DNA of 64,000 nucleotides from contig CAVXYC010000030.1 of NCBI GenBank assembly GCA_963765765.1, positions 192,001 to 256,000 of the forward strand, written 5' to 3'. This document shows positions 10,122-19,952 of this stretch, one piece after another. The translations under genes and the position numbers were made by a program. Position 1 is the stretch's first letter; each line of letters begins with the position of its first letter. The notes below the pieces were generated by a model. The model had not been told where the DNA came from. It saw only the letters and a list, made by a program, of their open reading frames with translations, and did not search any database. Source of the DNA: an uncultured Chloroflexia bacterium. GTDB taxonomy: Bacteria > Chloroflexota > UBA6077 > JACCZL01.

Positions 10122-11723
10122 CTAGAGCTGGACACGGAGCACGCGAGTCCCGTCACCGGTGCCCCGTTCATCTACGGTGATCGGCGCGAGTCGGGCGATC
10201 ATTTCCGTCAGGGCCAGCCGCTGTTCAGGTGGCAGATCGAGCTGAGCCAGGACCCAGAGCGTGCGGCCCGTATGGCGCGCGATCACCAGGGTTTCGAGCT
10301 CGCGCAAATTACGAATAACCACGGCGCCCGTGTAAATGTCACGGTACGGCGGCGGACCCGACCAGACATATCGGGAGTAGCCGTTGGGCCGCATCCAGTA
10401 GTCCGTCCGACCCAGATAGTGTGTTGTTTGCGTAGGCGCATAGGAAAGCACGATGTCGTTGGGCGTGTAGGCATCCATAGCCTGTAACCAGGTGGGCGAG
10501 GGGTCAGTGCGTTGCGATGCGCTGGTTACTCGTCCAATGTCCACGCTCGCCACTACCAGCGCCAGACCGAAGACGGCGCCCAGCATGCGCAATCGTTGCA
10601 CCGTGAATCGCCAGCCCAGCAGCGTGCAGGTAACCATGGGCGCAACGTGCCAGGCGGCATAGACCGCGGTGACGGCGAGGAACGGAATGAGAACCTGGAT
10701 GTCGCGCGGATGACCTCGGCGTGTGAGCACGAATCCGTTGAAGATGAGCTGAATCAGAACCGCGAACACTGGTAGCCAGATGAGGAGACGCCAGCGACGC
10801 CGGAACAGCAGCATGCCGAGCCCCATTGCACTTGCTGGCACGAGCCAGGGGTGAGATGCGGCGATGAGGCGAAGTGTCGTCGTGAGGCCCCGTAAGTCGG
10901 CGCCCGCTCGCAGATAGCTCTGGAATTCCGATCCGCCTCCTGCTGCCGTGGGGGCTCGCAAGAGGAAGGTAAGCGCCAGCACGGCGATGGTAGAGATGGA
11001 CGCAATGAGCCAGAAGGACCGAACCACGGCCCATGCGGCTCCCGCTCTGCTGCGGGCCAGGTGACACAGCGCAACGGCCGGAAGAAACAACGCCGCGAGC
11101 TCATGTGAGAACGCCGCTGCCGTGAATGACAGGGCGGCCAGTACGTACGACTCGGGATGGCTGCCCCGGTGTGCTCTCAGGAGCCAGCCGGCGGCCAAAA
11201 CGAGCCAGAAGGTGAGCCACGGGTAGAGCCACGCCTCGCGTGCCAGTGTAATGAGAGGCGGAGAGAACGCGACGATTGCCGCCGCGGCCGCGGCGGGCCA
11301 CTCACGCCCAACGCCGCGTGCCAGCCAGTACGTGGCAGGCACGATGAGTGTTCCGACCACCAGAGACGGAAGCCGAGCCACTTGATCCGATACGCCGAGC
11401 ATTCCGAACGCCGCGGCCTCAACGTACGCGGGCAGCAGCCCGCGTGTATAGATGGCTCCACCCGGGCTTGCCGGAACGTGATTGACCAGTATGCTTTGAG
11501 CCGCAAGCGCCAGTCGGGACTCGTCGCGCGCGAGCGTTCCCGGAGCTTCCGGCAGCCCGACCGCGCGTATAAAGCACCCGGCGACGGTTAGAACGGCTAG
11601 CACCAGTCCTACGGCTGGCGACCCGGTCCACCCGAACGCCCGAGCGATAGTGCTGGACCGCGCGCCGGTGTGAGCACGAATCGACCTGTGTTCGGGTGCC
11701 GGGCGCCCGGCTGGTGCTAGCAT
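10122..11723 (-). CDS. GT-C membrane glycosyltransferase (ArnT/PMT_2-like)
   Basis: FIRAVGL...LARDES, YTRG, VARLPSLVVG, AAAIVAFSP, AREAWLY and multiple TM helices. Confidence 0.8.
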   Translation of the reverse strand: MLAPAGRPAPEHRSIRAHTGARSSTIARAFGWTGSPAVGLVLAVLTVAGCFIRAVGLPEAPGTLARDESRLALAAQSILVNHVPASPGGAIYTRGLLPAYVEAAAFGMLGVSDQVARLPSLVVGTLIVPATYWLARGVGREWPAAAAAAIVAFSPPLITLAREAWLYPWLTFWLVLAAGWLLRAHRGSHPESYVLAALSFTAAAFSHELAALFLPAVALCHLARSRAGAAWAVVRSFWLIASISTIAVLALTFLLRAPTAAGGGSEFQSYLRAGADLRGLTTTLRLIAASHPWLVPASAMGLGMLLFRRRWRLLIWLPVFAVLIQLIFNGFVLTRRGHPRDIQVLIPFLAVTAVYAAWHVAPMVTCTLLGWRFTVQRLRMLGAVFGLALVVASVDIGRVTSASQRTDPSPTWLQAMDAYTPNDIVLSYAPTQTTHYLGRTDYWMRPNGYSRYVWSGPPPYRDIYTGAVVIRNLRELETLVIARHTGRTLWVLAQLDLPPEQRLALTEMIARLAPITVDERGTGDGTRVLRVQL

Positions 11724-11835
11724 GACCGATGCGTTTTGCGTGTCGAAATGTGTGTACGACGCCGGTCAATCACGCGCATGTGGTTGGGGATTCTACCAAC
11801 GGGCGTCCTGGCGAAGATCGGGCAAGGAGTTCGGG

Positions 11836-13605
11836 ATGTCGGCGGTAGAGTGCGCGGAGTCATCCGCAATACCCACCACACCATTTGAGCTCAATCTCGG
11901 TCAGCCAAGCGTATCGAAGCCGGTCACTGCCGTCATTCTCGGTGTTCTACTGGCCATTGCACTCCTGTGTCGAATGGGCGGCCTGGCTGGCGCCGTGACT
12001 GAGGACGAGGACCAGTGGATGGCCCGTGCCGGGAACTTCGCCTCCGGACTACTGAATGGCGATCGCGGCCGCACCTACCAGACCGGTCACCCCGGTGTGA
12101 TCCCGATGTGGCTCATCACCGGCTCGCTTGGCTTGGAGCGCACGGCCGAGCTAAGCAGCCGCGGCCGACCGGATTTCGTCGTCACGGCGCTCCCGCAATT
12201 TCTGCCCGATCTGCGTCAATCACGAGTCCCGTTTCTCGTACTGGGTGGTCTGCTCTGTGCCGCCGCCTCCGCACTCGCATGGAGGCTCCTTGGTGCTGGG
12301 CCGGGCCTGATAGCCGCGGCGCTGCTCGTGACCGACCCATACTGGTCAGCGATGAGCCCCGTGGTAGGGATGGACGGCCTGCTGGCCGGTTTTTTGTCGA
12401 TCTCACTGATCGCATTGCTCCTGGCATTGAGCGAACCACGGCGCGCGCCCATCTGGATCGTCTGCTCCGGCATCGGAATCGGCCTTGCCGGACTTACAAA
12501 GACCAGCGCGGCGTACATGCTGCCCGCGCTGGCTGCAGTGGTGCTAGCGGCGAGCTATGGACGGCTCGGGCGTCTCCCTCTCCCCTTGGGAGAGGGTTGG
12601 GGTGAGGGACTCGAGAAGGCGGTAAGTGAAAGCGCGTCAACCTCACCGCAGCCCTCTCCCTTTAGGAGATGGACCCTGCCTGTTGATGTTGATGGACGAA
12701 GGATGCGTCGCTCTCTCCTTCTCATAGCAGTGTGGCTTCTAGCTGGGGGCGTCATCTATTACGCGCTCTGGCCCGCGATGTGGACGCAGCCGATTGGAAC
12801 CCTCTACCGAGCGATTGACTTTAGCGCTCGCCTTGGAGGCACGCCGCACGCTCCGGGTAACTTTCTGCTCGGGAGCACGGCCGAGGATCCCGGCCCGCTG
12901 TTCTATCCCGTTGCCATGGCATTTCGGCTGGGCCCTTCAACGACTCTGGGACTCCTGGCACTGATCGCATTCGGAGCCTCGCGCCGCTTGACCAAGGTGA
13001 GCTGGCTTCTTCTCATCGCGGCCGGGGTATTCACGCTCTTGCTGACGGTATCACCGAAGAAAGTCGACAGGTATCTCATGCCCGTTGCGCCGCTGCTGAC
13101 GATACTCGCGGCTATCGGCTGGTGGCGGGCGCTCGAGTGGCTCGTCGGGCGGCAATGGACGTTGTGGAGTTCTCGTGTGCGCATGGGCAGCATAATTGCA
13201 GGAATCGCGCTGCTAGGAGGCGCATTCCAGGTGTGGCCATTGATTCAGGCGGGTCGATACCCATTGGCGGCGTACAACCCGCTCTTCGGCGGGGCACGAG
13301 CCGCCGAGCGAGCAATTCCCGTGGGTTGGGGAGAAGGCCTGGACGACACCGCGGCAATTATCCAGAACATGGCCGCTGGTGGTCCGTTGACCACGTCAAT
13401 CTGGTTTCCGCTACGGGTGAATTTCCAGGCGCACATGCCGGGCAGGGTCGTGACTGAGCGGCAGCTCAGCCAGGCGGACTTCTTCGTTGACTACATCCAC
13501 GCACGTCAGCGTCTGCACACCCCCAGCCAGCTCCAGCGCCGCGCCCCCGATGCCGTGGTTTCGATCGGCGGTGTGGACTACGCCCGTATCTATCGATTGC
13601 GCTGA
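11836..13605 (+). CDS. GT-C membrane glycosyltransferase (PMT_2-like) containing an in-frame palindromic insert
   Basis: VTEDEDQW, HPG, GLAGLTK, KKVDRYLMP, YNPLFGG, GWGEGL. AAGGAG precedes ATG 11836. Confidence 0.85.
   Translation: MSAVECAESSAIPTTPFELNLGQPSVSKPVTAVILGVLLAIALLCRMGGLAGAVTEDEDQWMARAGNFASGLLNGDRGRTYQTGHPGVIPMWLITGSLGLERTAELSSRGRPDFVVTALPQFLPDLRQSRVPFLVLGGLLCAAASALAWRLLGAGPGLIAAALLVTDPYWSAMSPVVGMDGLLAGFLSISLIALLLALSEPRRAPIWIVCSGIGIGLAGLTKTSAAYMLPALAAVVLAASYGRLGRLPLPLGEGWGEGLEKAVSESASTSPQPSPFRRWTLPVDVDGRRMRRSLLLIAVWLLAGGVIYYALWPAMWTQPIGTLYRAIDFSARLGGTPHAPGNFLLGSTAEDPGPLFYPVAMAFRLGPSTTLGLLALIAFGASRRLTKVSWLLLIAAGVFTLLLTVSPKKVDRYLMPVAPLLTILAAIGWWRALEWLVGRQWTLWSSRVRMGSIIAGIALLGGAFQVWPLIQAGRYPLAAYNPLFGGARAAERAIPVGWGEGLDDTAAIIQNMAAGGPLTTSIWFPLRVNFQAHMPGRVVTERQLSQADFFVDYIHARQRLHTPSQLQRRAPDAVVSIGGVDYARIYRLR
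12574..12672. repeat. REP-like doublet, family A (CCCTCTCCC..GGGAGAGGG..GGGTGAGGG), inside a CDS
   Basis: ctccctctccccttgggagagggttggggtgaggg (12574-12608) with inverted copy cctcaccgcagccctctccctttaggagatgg (12641-12672). Translated as LPLPLGEGWGEG...SPQPSPFRRW. Confidence 0.85.
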
Positions 13606-13820
13606 TCTCTTGTATCTCCCGCGTGCTGGTAGCGGTTGGCGACTGGCTCTAGGAATGCTCGGGACAGCCTTTGCGATCTGTCGACCTAGCTTGGTGCCCC
13701 CGCACAGACGTAGGTCCTGATGGGAATTGTGGGCTGATGGGCGGCCCAGCCATGCATCGTGTCGGCCAATTCAAAGCGGCCCCCTAACTGCTGCGGTTGG
13801 GGCGGCATCGAGCCTCGAAA

Positions 13821-14780
13821 TCACGTATTCTGGGCCGTACTCCGGGCAAGCGCCTCCACTTCGTCCCGCTCTTCCGAAGTCAAGACCCAGTCGGCCGCGC
13901 TGACGTTTTGCAGGAACTGCTCGGGACTGCGCGCTCCGGCGATGACCGTTGACGTCTCGGGATGCGCGAGGAGCCAGGCGATGGCCAGCTCGGCCAGGGT
14001 GTGTCCCCGCGCCTCGGCCCATGGCCGCAGGCGGTCCACGGCGTCGAGCGTTGTCTCATTGAGCTGTCGCCGCGCGGAAGGCACATCCGATGCGCGCGTT
14101 CCGGGTGGCGGCTCTTGTCCGCGGGCGTACTTCCCAGTCAGCACACCACTGGCCAATGGGAAGAAGGGGATGATCCCGAGGCCGAGCTCGCGCGCCACGG
14201 CGCGCAAGTCAGGATCGGGCACACCGTCTACACGGATGCCATCCACCAGGTTCCACCATTGTTGGAGGGAGACCCAGGGCAGCCAGTCGTGCCGGTCTTG
14301 GAGCCAGAGCGCCCGCACGAGCTCCCACGAGCGAAAGTTGCAGCAGCCAAGATAGCGGACCTTGCCCTGCCGAACGAGGTCCTCGAACGCCCGCAAGCTT
14401 TCCTCTAGCGGTGTGGATGAATCCGGTCGGTGGGCCTGGTACAGGTCGATGTAGTCAGTGCCCAGTCGCCTCAAGGAGCTTTCCGCATGCGCCATGATCT
14501 GGCGTCGGGAGAGGCGACCGTTATTGCGCTCCTGGGTGGTGATGCCACCGACCTTGCTGCCGATGATCACCTCATCGCGCCGCCCACGAACGGCCTTGCC
14601 GATGATCTCCTCGGATGCGCCGTATACGTCGGCGGTGTCGAGGTAGTTCACGCCGGCATCCAGCGCCGCATTGATCACAGCTATCGATGAAGCCTCGTCA
14701 GCGGTGTTTCCGAATGGATTCCCCCCCAGTCCGATGGCGGACACGCGCAGGCCTGAATTTCCGAGCGGTCGGTAATGCAC
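13821..14780 (-). CDS. Aldo/keto reductase
   Basis: LGNSGLRVSAIGLG, DTADVYG, SLRRLGTDYIDLYQAH, GKVRYLG, PLASGVLTGKY. Confidence 0.95.
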   Translation of the reverse strand: MHYRPLGNSGLRVSAIGLGGNPFGNTADEASSIAVINAALDAGVNYLDTADVYGASEEIIGKAVRGRRDEVIIGSKVGGITTQERNNGRLSRRQIMAHAESSLRRLGTDYIDLYQAHRPDSSTPLEESLRAFEDLVRQGKVRYLGCCNFRSWELVRALWLQDRHDWLPWVSLQQWWNLVDGIRVDGVPDPDLRAVARELGLGIIPFFPLASGVLTGKYARGQEPPPGTRASDVPSARRQLNETTLDAVDRLRPWAEARGHTLAELAIAWLLAHPETSTVIAGARSPEQFLQNVSAADWVLTSEERDEVEALARSTAQNT

Positions 14781-14903
14781 GATGATCTCCTCTATCGGTC
14801 GTTCGCCGTGAACGATAGGGTTGAGTACGCTGGTTTGCCTGGTCCGACAGTTACTTTGCTTTTGTGATCTGTCTGACCATCCGGCATGAACGTGGAGGCC
14901 TGG

Positions 14904-15749
14904 TCACGGTTTTCGCCCGCGAACGATGAAGCCTGTGGTGCTCTGGAAGTAGGTGCCCGCCTCGCTCGCCGCTCGCATCTCGTCGAGCCACAGAGTGACA
15001 TCCTCCGCGGAGATGCGTCCAGATACTTGAGCGCGCGCGGCAGCCATGGCGAAGTTCATGCCTAAACGTGCCTCGGTTGCGATGAAGTCGCGTTGGACGA
15101 TGACGGCTGGCTCGACGGTGATCTCGGCTAGTCCCGCGCAGGCGAAAAGCCGCGGCAGTTGTCGTCCAATCCAGCCATTGGCATACATCTCGCAGCGCGC
15201 CTGGAGAATCGCACGGGTGATTGCGGGATGCGACGAGTCGATCGCCAGTGTGCCGTAGTCGTTCTCGCGCAGCACGATAGTGCCACCGGACCGGGTCACC
15301 CGGACCATTTCCCCGAGTGCCCGCGCCGGATCGGCGAGGTGCACGAATACCAGCGTGGACAGGCAGCCGTCAAAGGTGGCGTCGGGAAACGGCAACTCGT
15401 GGGCATCGCCCTGCCGGAACTCCACGCGCACTCCGAGTGATTCCGAGCGCGTGCGAGCTTGAGCGAGGAACGTCTCGCTCGGGTCAATTCCCAGCACCCG
15501 GCCGGCTGGCGCGACCTGTTGGGCCAACGTCCGCACCGCCTCGCCGATCCCGCATCCGACGTCCAGAAGCACCTGGCCGGGGCGGGTGTCCAGCAGCTCA
15601 ATGGCTCGGTCGACTCCGGCAACACCGCCAGTCCTGGTTCGCACTTCCAAGGCTGACACGAACCGGTCCGAATCCGGGGTTCGATCGACCGCGGACCATT
15701 GGTCCGAGCGTTCGCTGTTTCCGGTATCCGCACGCTTCAAAGAGCTCAT
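14904..15749 (-). CDS. Class I SAM-dependent methyltransferase (UbiE-like)
   Basis: LLDVGCGIG, GIDPS, GDAHELPFPDATFD, EMVRVTRSGG. Confidence 0.9.
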   Translation of the reverse strand: MSSLKRADTGNSERSDQWSAVDRTPDSDRFVSALEVRTRTGGVAGVDRAIELLDTRPGQVLLDVGCGIGEAVRTLAQQVAPAGRVLGIDPSETFLAQARTRSESLGVRVEFRQGDAHELPFPDATFDGCLSTLVFVHLADPARALGEMVRVTRSGGTIVLRENDYGTLAIDSSHPAITRAILQARCEMYANGWIGRQLPRLFACAGLAEITVEPAVIVQRDFIATEARLGMNFAMAAARAQVSGRISAEDVTLWLDEMRAASEAGTYFQSTTGFIVRGRKP

Positions 15750-15808
15750 CTGCCGCGTCTCCTCGTTGGTGTCTCAGCGTGTCTGTTGGCGTTTGCCAAC
15801 GGCAGGCA

Positions 15809-16599
15809 TCACAGCCCCTGGCTTACAAGGTCTTGGAGATAGTTCCATGTGCCGGGCTGGCTCGGCTTGCCGTGCTTCGCGATCGCATCGTCGAAGTGCG
15901 GCCCGTCGAATAGCTTCCCCTGGAGCACTTCCTCTACCAAAGGCTCCGGAATCCGGGGTGATTGGGGCCCGTGGCGCAATAGGCAAGATAGTTCATCTCC
16001 GCCTGGTGCTCAAGGTGGATCATCCGAGTCACGGACTCCTCCAGTGTCCGGCCTACGGTGACGGCACCGTGCCCCAACATAAGGACCGCTTCCCCATCAC
16101 CGAGAAAGCGCGCGAGCTCTTCGCCTTCCTGCTGGCTCATGACAACTTTTGTATGCGGATAGACCGGCAAGGGGGCTTGCACCACTTTGATCCCCTCCTG
16201 CGCCATTGGCCGAAGCCTGGGTTGGAGAATGCTCATGATCACGGTGAACTTCGGGTGCACATGGACGATGGACTGCACCTCAGGGCGCGCTTTGTAGACG
16301 CACGCGTGGATCTGAACCTCACCGCACTGGATGATGCCCGGGGGACCATCCACCAGGTATCCCTCGAGATCGCAGGTGATCAAATCTTCGGGCCGCAGGC
16401 GCGAAAGCACGTCGATACGATATCCCCGACCCTTCACCAGAAACTTCGTCGGGTCGGACGGCAGGCGAGAACTGGCGTGTCCGAGAAACGCTCGAACTCC
16501 GGCGGCCAGGCCCGTCTCGGCAAGGATGCGGTTCGCAATGGCCACATCGACCTTTGTTTCATCTATGCCGGCCGTTCGCGCAGAGGGGATCGTGTTCAT
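15809..16599 (-). CDS. Class II aldolase/adducin family protein; frameshift near 15955
   Basis: LGHASSR, GEVQIH, IVHVHP, LMLGHGAVTVG. The C-terminus continues in another frame to ...NYLQDLVSQGL*. Confidence 0.85.
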
Positions 16600-16723
16600 G
16601 GAACGTGCTCCTGGTGAGTTAATTGATGGATGCCAGCCCAGCCGCGAAGTTCGAATCTGCGCTTCGCCGAGCTCCCTCAAACACCAACCGCCGATCGGAC
16701 TGATTATGGAACCACTTGGAAGC

Positions 16724-17809
16724 TTAGCGGGGTGCGGCTGGGCAAACTGGCTGGGCCTCCACAATGGTCAGGTATGTGCTCGTTGGGATGACCTGCACGG
16801 CCCCGAATCCAGCGGAAGCTACGAGCGCCCGGAGCTCCCGCTCGGTCCGCAGGCGACCACCACGATGCACGAGCAACATCTGTACATCCAGCCGCTTGCT
16901 GAAATGTGGCACGTTGGGCTCCGCTGGAATGACGGGATCGATGAGAAGCACCCGCCCACCAGGCGCTATCGCTCTCTTGGCATTGTTCAAGATCGTTCGA
17001 CAATCGTCGTCCGACCAGTCGTTGAAGATGCTGAGAAAGGTGTAGAGATCACACCCTGTGGGGAGCGCCTCAAAAAAGTCACCGCCGACAAGCTCGCAGT
17101 AGGCGGCGTAGTCAGATCCGTTTACACCGGGTCGCGTCACGTGCTCAATTACTTCCGGCCGGTCGAAGATCACAGCGCGGAGCGAGGGGTTGTGCTCTAA
17201 ATGCCTTCCAAGAATCGCCATCGTCAGCATGCCATGCGAACCGCCTACATCCGCAACACGACGATACGATCCGAAGGGGTACGCGTCAGCAACAGCTCCG
17301 CAGACGCTTCGGGCACGTCCGGCCATGAACGCGTGGTAGGCGCGGAGCTTCTCGGGATCGGCGCCGACCGAGTCAAAGCGCGGTCTCCCAAAGACCTTAT
17401 CGTATGCAGGTAGACCGGTTTCGACGCTGTAGTCGATCTGGGTGGCGGCGAGCATCACGTCTTCAATGTAGTTCTGCGCAAGCTGGCGCATTGAGCCCTC
17501 GCCATCTTCCAGAAGCGCGGCGTAAGGTGTTGTCCCGAAGACTCGTTCGCTGACCTCTTCGAGAACCCCAAGGCTCGCCGCCAACCGTAAGACACGATAC
17601 AGAGCATCGGGGTTGGCGCCGGTAGCCTGAGCAAGATCATCCACGTGTCTAGGCCCCGTTTTCACAAGGTCCGCGATGCCGCGCTTGGCTACGACGGAGA
17701 TTGTCGCGACTTCTACGGGCGAGGCGAGAATACGCTGCAGCGCGATGCGCAGAGACTCGCGCTCTCCTTCGTTCGGCGCCGAGGCGGGAGTCGGTGTTTG
17801 CATGGTCAC
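16724..17809 (-). CDS. O-methyltransferase (Methyltransf_2 with dimerisation domain)
   Basis: GIADLV...DALYRVLR, VADVGGSHG, VGGDFFE, IFNDWSDD, GGRLRT. Confidence 0.9.
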   Translation of the reverse strand: MTMQTPTPASAPNEGERESLRIALQRILASPVEVATISVVAKRGIADLVKTGPRHVDDLAQATGANPDALYRVLRLAASLGVLEEVSERVFGTTPYAALLEDGEGSMRQLAQNYIEDVMLAATQIDYSVETGLPAYDKVFGRPRFDSVGADPEKLRAYHAFMAGRARSVCGAVADAYPFGSYRRVADVGGSHGMLTMAILGRHLEHNPSLRAVIFDRPEVIEHVTRPGVNGSDYAAYCELVGGDFFEALPTGCDLYTFLSIFNDWSDDDCRTILNNAKRAIAPGGRVLLIDPVIPAEPNVPHFSKRLDVQMLLVHRGGRLRTERELRALVASAGFGAVQVIPTSTYLTIVEAQPVCPAAPR

Positions 17810-18409
17810 GACACCTTATTGGTATGAAGAATCGGTACGCGAAAACCGGGGCCGCTCGGTCTGAGCACCACACGCCCCTGGAGAAGGTTGATCACTGCGT
17901 ACGAACAACTGAGCCAGCTCACGAGACCGAATTGATAGGCCGCCCGTTCCACCGAGCTTGCACCCCTGACTGCCAATTTTTCCATGTGCCGCTATTCGAT
18001 GATTTTGATGCGCGTGTCATAGTTCTCGCTGACGAGGGCCGGAGCCTTCAGGATGCCGGTGCGTCCATCGCGAGCCCCGACCTTCATGGAGTAGTCTAGT
18101 CTCCCAAGAGTGCCGTGGAGGGCACGGTCCGGGTGGCCATCCAGGTCCACGGCCGTCGGGGGCTTGTCCAGCGTCGGCCTGGCTACTGGGCTAACTGATG
18201 GATGGCATGGACTCATTCCCATTCACCTAGCTGCACCACCTCAGCAGTCTAGCTACGATCCAAATGCCCGCCGCGGCCGGGGGGATGAACGGAATTGCCA
18301 GGTGCTTCCGAGAGTGAGACACCACTCGACAGCACCGGCGGGCAGCACCATAATGAGCACGGGAGGACCGAATGACCGGCCACCCAACCGTGCCAAGCGG
18401 AGGCTCATT

Positions 18410-19558
18410 ATGGACGGCATCATCGACGCCGACACACACGTCATTGAATCGGACGCCATCTGGAAGCATTTCGACTCGAACGTGGCACATCGTCGGCCGG
18501 TGGCGGTCGTCTGTGACGACCTAACGACGGGGAAGCCGCGAAATCGCTGGTTGATTGATGGAGTGCTCGTCCCCAAGCCGGATGGCAAGGGGGGACAACA
18601 ACTGGCCACGCCGCCTGTAAATCCCGAAGAGGCAGCGGCGCGAAATTGGACCACCAAGGCTCTTCTGGATGTGCCGGCCAGGCTCGAAGACGCTGATGTT
18701 ATGGGCGTGGAGACACAGGTGGTCTTCCCGACGCTCTTCATCGCTCATCTCACGTTCGATCCTGAGCTGGACGTGGCGCTAGCGCGGGCCTACAACCGCT
18801 TTCAGGCTAGTGTGTGGGAGCAAGGCAAGGGCCGCATTCGTTGGGTGGCTGTGCTTCCATTCCACGATATCCGCGCCAGCCTGGATGAGCTGACCTGGGC
18901 ACGAGAGCGTGGCGCCGTGGGATTTCTGGCTCGTGGGATTGAAGGCGAGCGCTCACTGGCCGAGGAGTACTTTTTCCCGGTTTACGAGGAAGCAAGTCGG
19001 CTGGACATGCCGATGACAATCCATACCGGTCCTGGCTGCCCGGCGTACCTCGATGTCCTAGATAATCGCATCAACGGACCGTTCGCCGGTGTGCGGATGT
19101 TGCCGCTGGTGGCCTTCCAGAACCTGGTTTCGATGCGAATCCCGGAGAGGTTTCCGGATCTTCGTATCGGGTTCATCGAGACGGGTGCCTCGTGGGTGCC
19201 GTATCTGCTGCACTTCGTGGAACGTGACTGGCGGCGCAAGGGTCAACTGGAGGAACGGCACCTGGGTCCAAAGCTATTTCAGGATTACCGTATCTACGTG
19301 GCCTGTGAATCGGATGAAGACATCCCGTATCTTGCGCAGCTCATCGGAGAAGACAACCTGGTGAGCGGGTCCGACTACGGCCATCACGCTGGTCAGCTTC
19401 CGACGCTCGAGGCCAATTCGTTCACCAATAGGCTGCGTGGTGGCGACCCATCCGCGGACCTGGCTGTGGTGGGTGAGCTTCGGGGTCGAGAGGACTTGAG
19501 CCCTGAAATCGTGGACAAGATTCTGAAGGTTAATCCGAGGAAACTCTACGGAATGTAG
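18410..19558 (+). CDS. Amidohydrolase_2 family metal-dependent hydrolase/decarboxylase
   Basis: IIDADTHVIE, QVVFPT, AYNR, IHTG, GFIETGASWVP, GSDYGH. GGAGG precedes ATG 18410. Confidence 0.9.
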   Translation: MDGIIDADTHVIESDAIWKHFDSNVAHRRPVAVVCDDLTTGKPRNRWLIDGVLVPKPDGKGGQQLATPPVNPEEAAARNWTTKALLDVPARLEDADVMGVETQVVFPTLFIAHLTFDPELDVALARAYNRFQASVWEQGKGRIRWVAVLPFHDIRASLDELTWARERGAVGFLARGIEGERSLAEEYFFPVYEEASRLDMPMTIHTGPGCPAYLDVLDNRINGPFAGVRMLPLVAFQNLVSMRIPERFPDLRIGFIETGASWVPYLLHFVERDWRRKGQLEERHLGPKLFQDYRIYVACESDEDIPYLAQLIGEDNLVSGSDYGHHAGQLPTLEANSFTNRLRGGDPSADLAVVGELRGREDLSPEIVDKILKVNPRKLYGM

Positions 19559-19613
19559 GAACAGGACCCTGGGACGGATGGGATCTACAGAAGTCCTGTG
19601 AGTGCGATAGGTC

Positions 19614-19952
19614 CTATTCGGCGCTGCAGTCCGGGCACATCTCGCGCAGATTGCGCCAGGTGTAGATGCCCGTGTGGTGCCCGTCTTTCCAGAGCGGGGC
19701 AAGTGCATAGCGGCCGACCATCTCCAGGTCTTCCAGCTCTGTTTGCTCCGGCTTGAAGACGGTGATCATCTGCAGTTCACCCGGCCGTCCGCCCTCGCCC
19801 TGACAGTGCGCGCACGGGCATTGCCAGCGCAGGTATTCCCAGTCGAAGACGCTTTCGTGTCCGTCAGCCCAGCCGATGATGACGCTACGGTGATCGCGGT
19901 CGAGCTTGATCCGTTGTGGAATCGATTCGAGCGACGCGACAGACTCTGGCAC
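19614..19952 (-). CDS. DUF971 / GBBH-like N-terminal domain protein
   Basis: WADGHES...YLRWQCPCAHC...VGRYAL...WKDGHHTGIYTW. Confidence 0.9.
   Translation of the reverse strand: MPESVASLESIPQRIKLDRDHRSVIIGWADGHESVFDWEYLRWQCPCAHCQGEGGRPGELQMITVFKPEQTELEDLEMVGRYALAPLWKDGHHTGIYTWRNLREMCPDCSAE

Noticed and set aside
9045-11836. Invertible segments (shufflon) explaining the mixed GT-C orientation
   Set aside because: I found no inverted repeats at the boundaries by eye, and there is no recombinase in the window.
17900-18100. Group II intron maturase remnant
   Set aside because: Only a vague resemblance; no RT motifs (YADD) or domain V hairpin recognised.
18110-18409. Long N-terminal extensions from the ORF track (also 3974, 11722, 37265, 52203, 58596)
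   Set aside because: Family homology and SD or -10 signals point to the downstream starts used in the feature list.
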